A stretch of 64,000 nt of DNA from Antedon mediterranea (lineage: Eukaryota; Animalia; Echinodermata), in assembly GCF_964355755.1 (NCBI RefSeq), contig NC_092673.1, positions 12,868,948-12,932,947 of the forward strand. The letters run 5' to 3'. The notes under the pieces are model-generated. The model searched no databases, had not been told where the DNA came from, and saw nothing but the letters and a program-made list of their open reading frames with translations. Positions 60,529 to 64,000 of this stretch are shown here, one piece after another. The position numbers were made by a program, and so were the translations under genes. Within the stretch, counting starts at the first letter, position 1. Each line of letters begins with the position of its first letter.

Positions 60529-61800
60529 TAATCCTATATAATCCTTATACTCATACAATTTTATCTATAAAGAAATATTAAGAAACATTTTAAACTGAGT
60601 AAGCTATAATATAAAAAATTAACGTAGATAACACGATATTGTAAATTTTACTATTTTAGTTTTAAAACAGAAACGTCAAAATGAATATAGATAGATAGAT
60701 GAATATTTTTTATAATCGTCTATGTTTAATTATACTAAATTTTATAAATCCTACAATAGGTTTTATACTGAGTTATATAAATTTATTCAAGAGAGAATTT
60801 CAGTACATATTGCACGTAATGATATATATGATGTATATATATACTGTATAGAGATCTTTTTTTATAATTTGTCAATGTTTAATTATACTATTGGGAGTAG
60901 TTTATGTAAAAGCAAATTTCAGTAATTTTTGCTTAATGCTGGTACATACCATCCATCTATCCATCTAATGAAATCCAGTTTAAGTTAAGATATTGAAAGA
61001 AAGAAAAACAATTTTAGGTTAAAAAAAAATTAAGGTAGGATAATTAATTGCTTGAGCAACTTGCCAATATTTCTTACCTCATCATCTTCTAAAGAAATCT
61101 GAAAGTTGCTACTGTAGTTAACAATTTTTTTTATGAACCTCTCAAGATCTGTCTTCACTATAAAACTAGTTTCACAAAATGTGTGATATGCCGAAATATG
61201 GTAGTAATATGACATCATCATGTCCATATATGGGCACATAAAATTTTGTTGTCACATAAAGTTTGATAGTGTAGACAGAGCTTTAGATGCCCAGCAGGCA
61301 CAGATCTGAACCTGTATTAAATACAAATAATGTATATAAATAACATATATCATATAATATAACTGTATATATATACATTATATTCTATGGCAACAAAAAA
61401 AAACAGTTTCAAACTCTTTTAAAAAAACTTTATTCCCTTTTTTTTTAGCTAAATGAAGTTTAAATTGTTTTAGCATTCTATTTCATCCATACACTCCATC
61501 TCTAAGCATTCTTCTGATAGCACAAAAAGAGAATTTACAAAACTCAATTTTCCCTCCGACCACCCTTTTCTAACCCCGTTTTGATTTGCCGCTGACACCA
61601 AAACTTCATCTTATCTTATCTATAGATGTGATACTTCAGTCAAATTTGCCTTAATAAGTATTGTTTAGTAAGCAGAGTTTAATACATTGATTTATATTTT
61701 AAAAATAGTCTAATTACTGATATCAGTTATGCAGTATTTTATTTATTGTTTCAGATGACATAACGTATAGGGCATAAGCCATTTTATTTTTATATTATGT

Positions 61801-63186
61801 TATATTACATAGCCTATGTAAATACATGAACGTGATTGGTTGAAACTGCATCACATGACTACCGCTGCGAGGATCGTAAATTGTATATATCCTTGGGTAC
61901 GATGATATTGACCAAGCAATTTTTGCATAATTATCGTGTCCCTGTCTAACATATAAAAGACAGCAAATTCTCAAGTACGATGATATTGACTGTCATTTTC
62001 GTGTGGCAACACTCGCGTTTGGCAATAAATAAACAAAAGTCATCTACTGGGACTTGAACTCGCGATGATTTGTCACAACATCACAAGACAAGGCTTTATC
62101 CGTTGCGCTACGCAACTTGCTTGAAGAAATTAATCAACTAAACTATTTAAAGATGTATTGTCCCTTGAAACACAATAAAATGAAAGTCAAAATATTCTAA
62201 ATTTAAATTGGCCATATCAAAGTAATATTAAAGTTATTCACTTTTTAAGTCGAAAATTCGAGCCAAAAACAACAAGTTTACGTAATTAACAGGTAAATTA
62301 GTTTGATTACATTTCGTCTGGAAAATCGTCGCGATCGAAAGTAAACAAAGATTTCAAACCCTGAGTACACATTTGGCATGATGCTAATTAGCATTGTTTA
62401 CAATTTTTCACGGTTGAGAAGGTGTTTTCAAACAGATCGCGAAGGAAGTTTTGATTAAACAGGCGTGTTGCATTATGAGATATGTTTTGATCGAAAACTT
62501 TGACTGGAAGTCAAAGTTATTTTTTGAAAAAAAAATGTCTGTATTTCAGTTAAATGATATTTTTTTTAACTAATTTTTGGTGAAAGTTAATAAAAATGAC
62601 ACACTTTTTTTCGAAATCTTTTTTTTTTTTTTTTTTTTGGAATTAGTCAAAGGGACAGTACATCTTTAAACTATGCATACATAGCGCCCTCATTTGTTAT
62701 TAGTCCTCCCTAGATGTGATGACCGTTTGTGATTGGTTAATACTCACGGTAGTAACCTGGTACGTGCTGCACGCTAAACATCCAGTGATTCGGCTCCTCG
62801 AAGAAGACGAATTATTCAGCCTACCTGATAATAATATTATTATTAATGTAGGCTTATTGATGGAAATTTGTCTGTTAATTTAATGACTTAGGTCTAAGTG
62901 AATATTTTATTTATACCAAGGAATCATTAATTAGTAATTATCTGTATATTATTCTTCACAAGGTAAGGTGAATGCAACGCCTAACTAGGCAGGTTTATTA
63001 CAAAGGAGGCCTATAAGCTACACCCGACCCAGCAGTAGTAGTTATTCAACTTGTTTATATCGATAAAATATAAGATTTGACAACCCCTTGGGAATGATAT
63101 ATTGTTTGAGGAAATATATTTCCCTTAGGGATTCGGGATGTCAATCTTATATTTAACCTCTAAGCAGTCAATATCTGTGTATAATA
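61801..63186 (-). mobile_element. Second copy of the 37901-38737 element, carrying a nested Kolobok-like MITE
   Basis: Reverse-complement homology at both ends and throughout, interrupted at 62151-62665. Confidence 0.75.
62151..62665 (-). mobile_element. Kolobok-like MITE, family A, nested insertion
   Basis: aactatTTAA|AGATGTATTGTCCC...GGGACAGTACATCT|TTAAactatg. The empty site catagtTTAAatagtt at ~38408-38423 has a single TTAA, which demonstrates the TSD. Confidence 0.92.
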
Positions 63187-64000
63187 TAATTCAGTTTTAT
63201 ACTATACTGATTTGTGCTAAAATATGTCATCTATGTTTTACCAATTATGCATTACAAGAAATGACATTTTTATCAAATGATGGTTTATCTGTGTTTGTTG
63301 TCCTGTCCGGTCTCTAGAGTAACACAAAACAATTTTACTAGGCCTATATTTCATTTTTATGCAATGCAAGGCAGAAATAAATTAATAATTGGTAAAATAA
63401 CAAGGCCATTATATGGCTGCAGTCGCGTGCAAATTTGACACATGCTAGTGCTACAAATTATTTTGAAATACAGAATATTAGGTCACTATTCATTTTACTC
63501 ACATGTTTGGACAGCGGCGGTAAGAATTTATTTAGGAAAATTATTCTCTTGGCATCAGTTCCAATATGACAAAGGCCTTGTTGTCATCTTTTATAGGGAT
63601 TTCTAATTCGGAATAATCAACTTGATCATATCCGTTAGGTGGAGGTGAGCTGATTTCATTTGGACATTTAAATTTACTTCAACTGTACTGTTGCATGGTT
63701 TCAAAGCAAATTAATAGTTAAATTTAGGGGCGTGGCTAGATTTCATACAAGATTTTCCAGGCAGTTTTTGTATTGATTTTAATCTTCTTACTCTTCAGAA
63801 TGTTCCTTACCAATAATAAATGCATCTTTTCTTATTTGCTCCAATTGGACATATTCCTCTTCAATCATCAATAATTAAACATACTAGACCCTGGAATATA
63901 GTACAAGCTCTACACTGTTCAATTAAAAAAAAATTCTAGCATAATTTAAATAAAAAACATAAATGAACACCTTCTGCTATCATTCCAAAGCTAGGCCAGG

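Overview
AT-rich, intron-rich metazoan genomic DNA. An invertebrate deuterostome such as an echinoderm is my inference from gene architecture and repeat content. Three multi-exon genes can be rebuilt by hand: MED16 (+, 20 coding exons, 10623-21637, with one GC-AG intron and one U12-type intron), SNRNP35/U11-35K (-, 4 coding exons, 28450-25401, with an expanded RD/RE repeat tail), and an IL-17-receptor/SEF-like SEFIR-domain receptor (+, about 15 coding exons, 34187-60528). The rest is decayed CR1/L2-type LINEs, non-autonomous Helitrons, TTAA-specific Kolobok-like MITEs, a foldback-like element, satellites, tRNA-like sequences and a 1.6-kb local duplication of the SNRNP35 5' region. The most unusual signal is a layer of micro-scars. 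(i) Three tiny palindromes, CA(T/G)GGAGT...ACTCC(A/C)TG, each have a perfect 7-bp flanking direct repeat and lie near a gene start; they resemble P-element-type excision footprints. (ii) Recurrent TA->TAGGCCTA and TA->TACTGTA micro-insertions can be shown by comparing paralogous copies within the window. All coordinates were read by eye; repeat boundaries may be off by a few bases.
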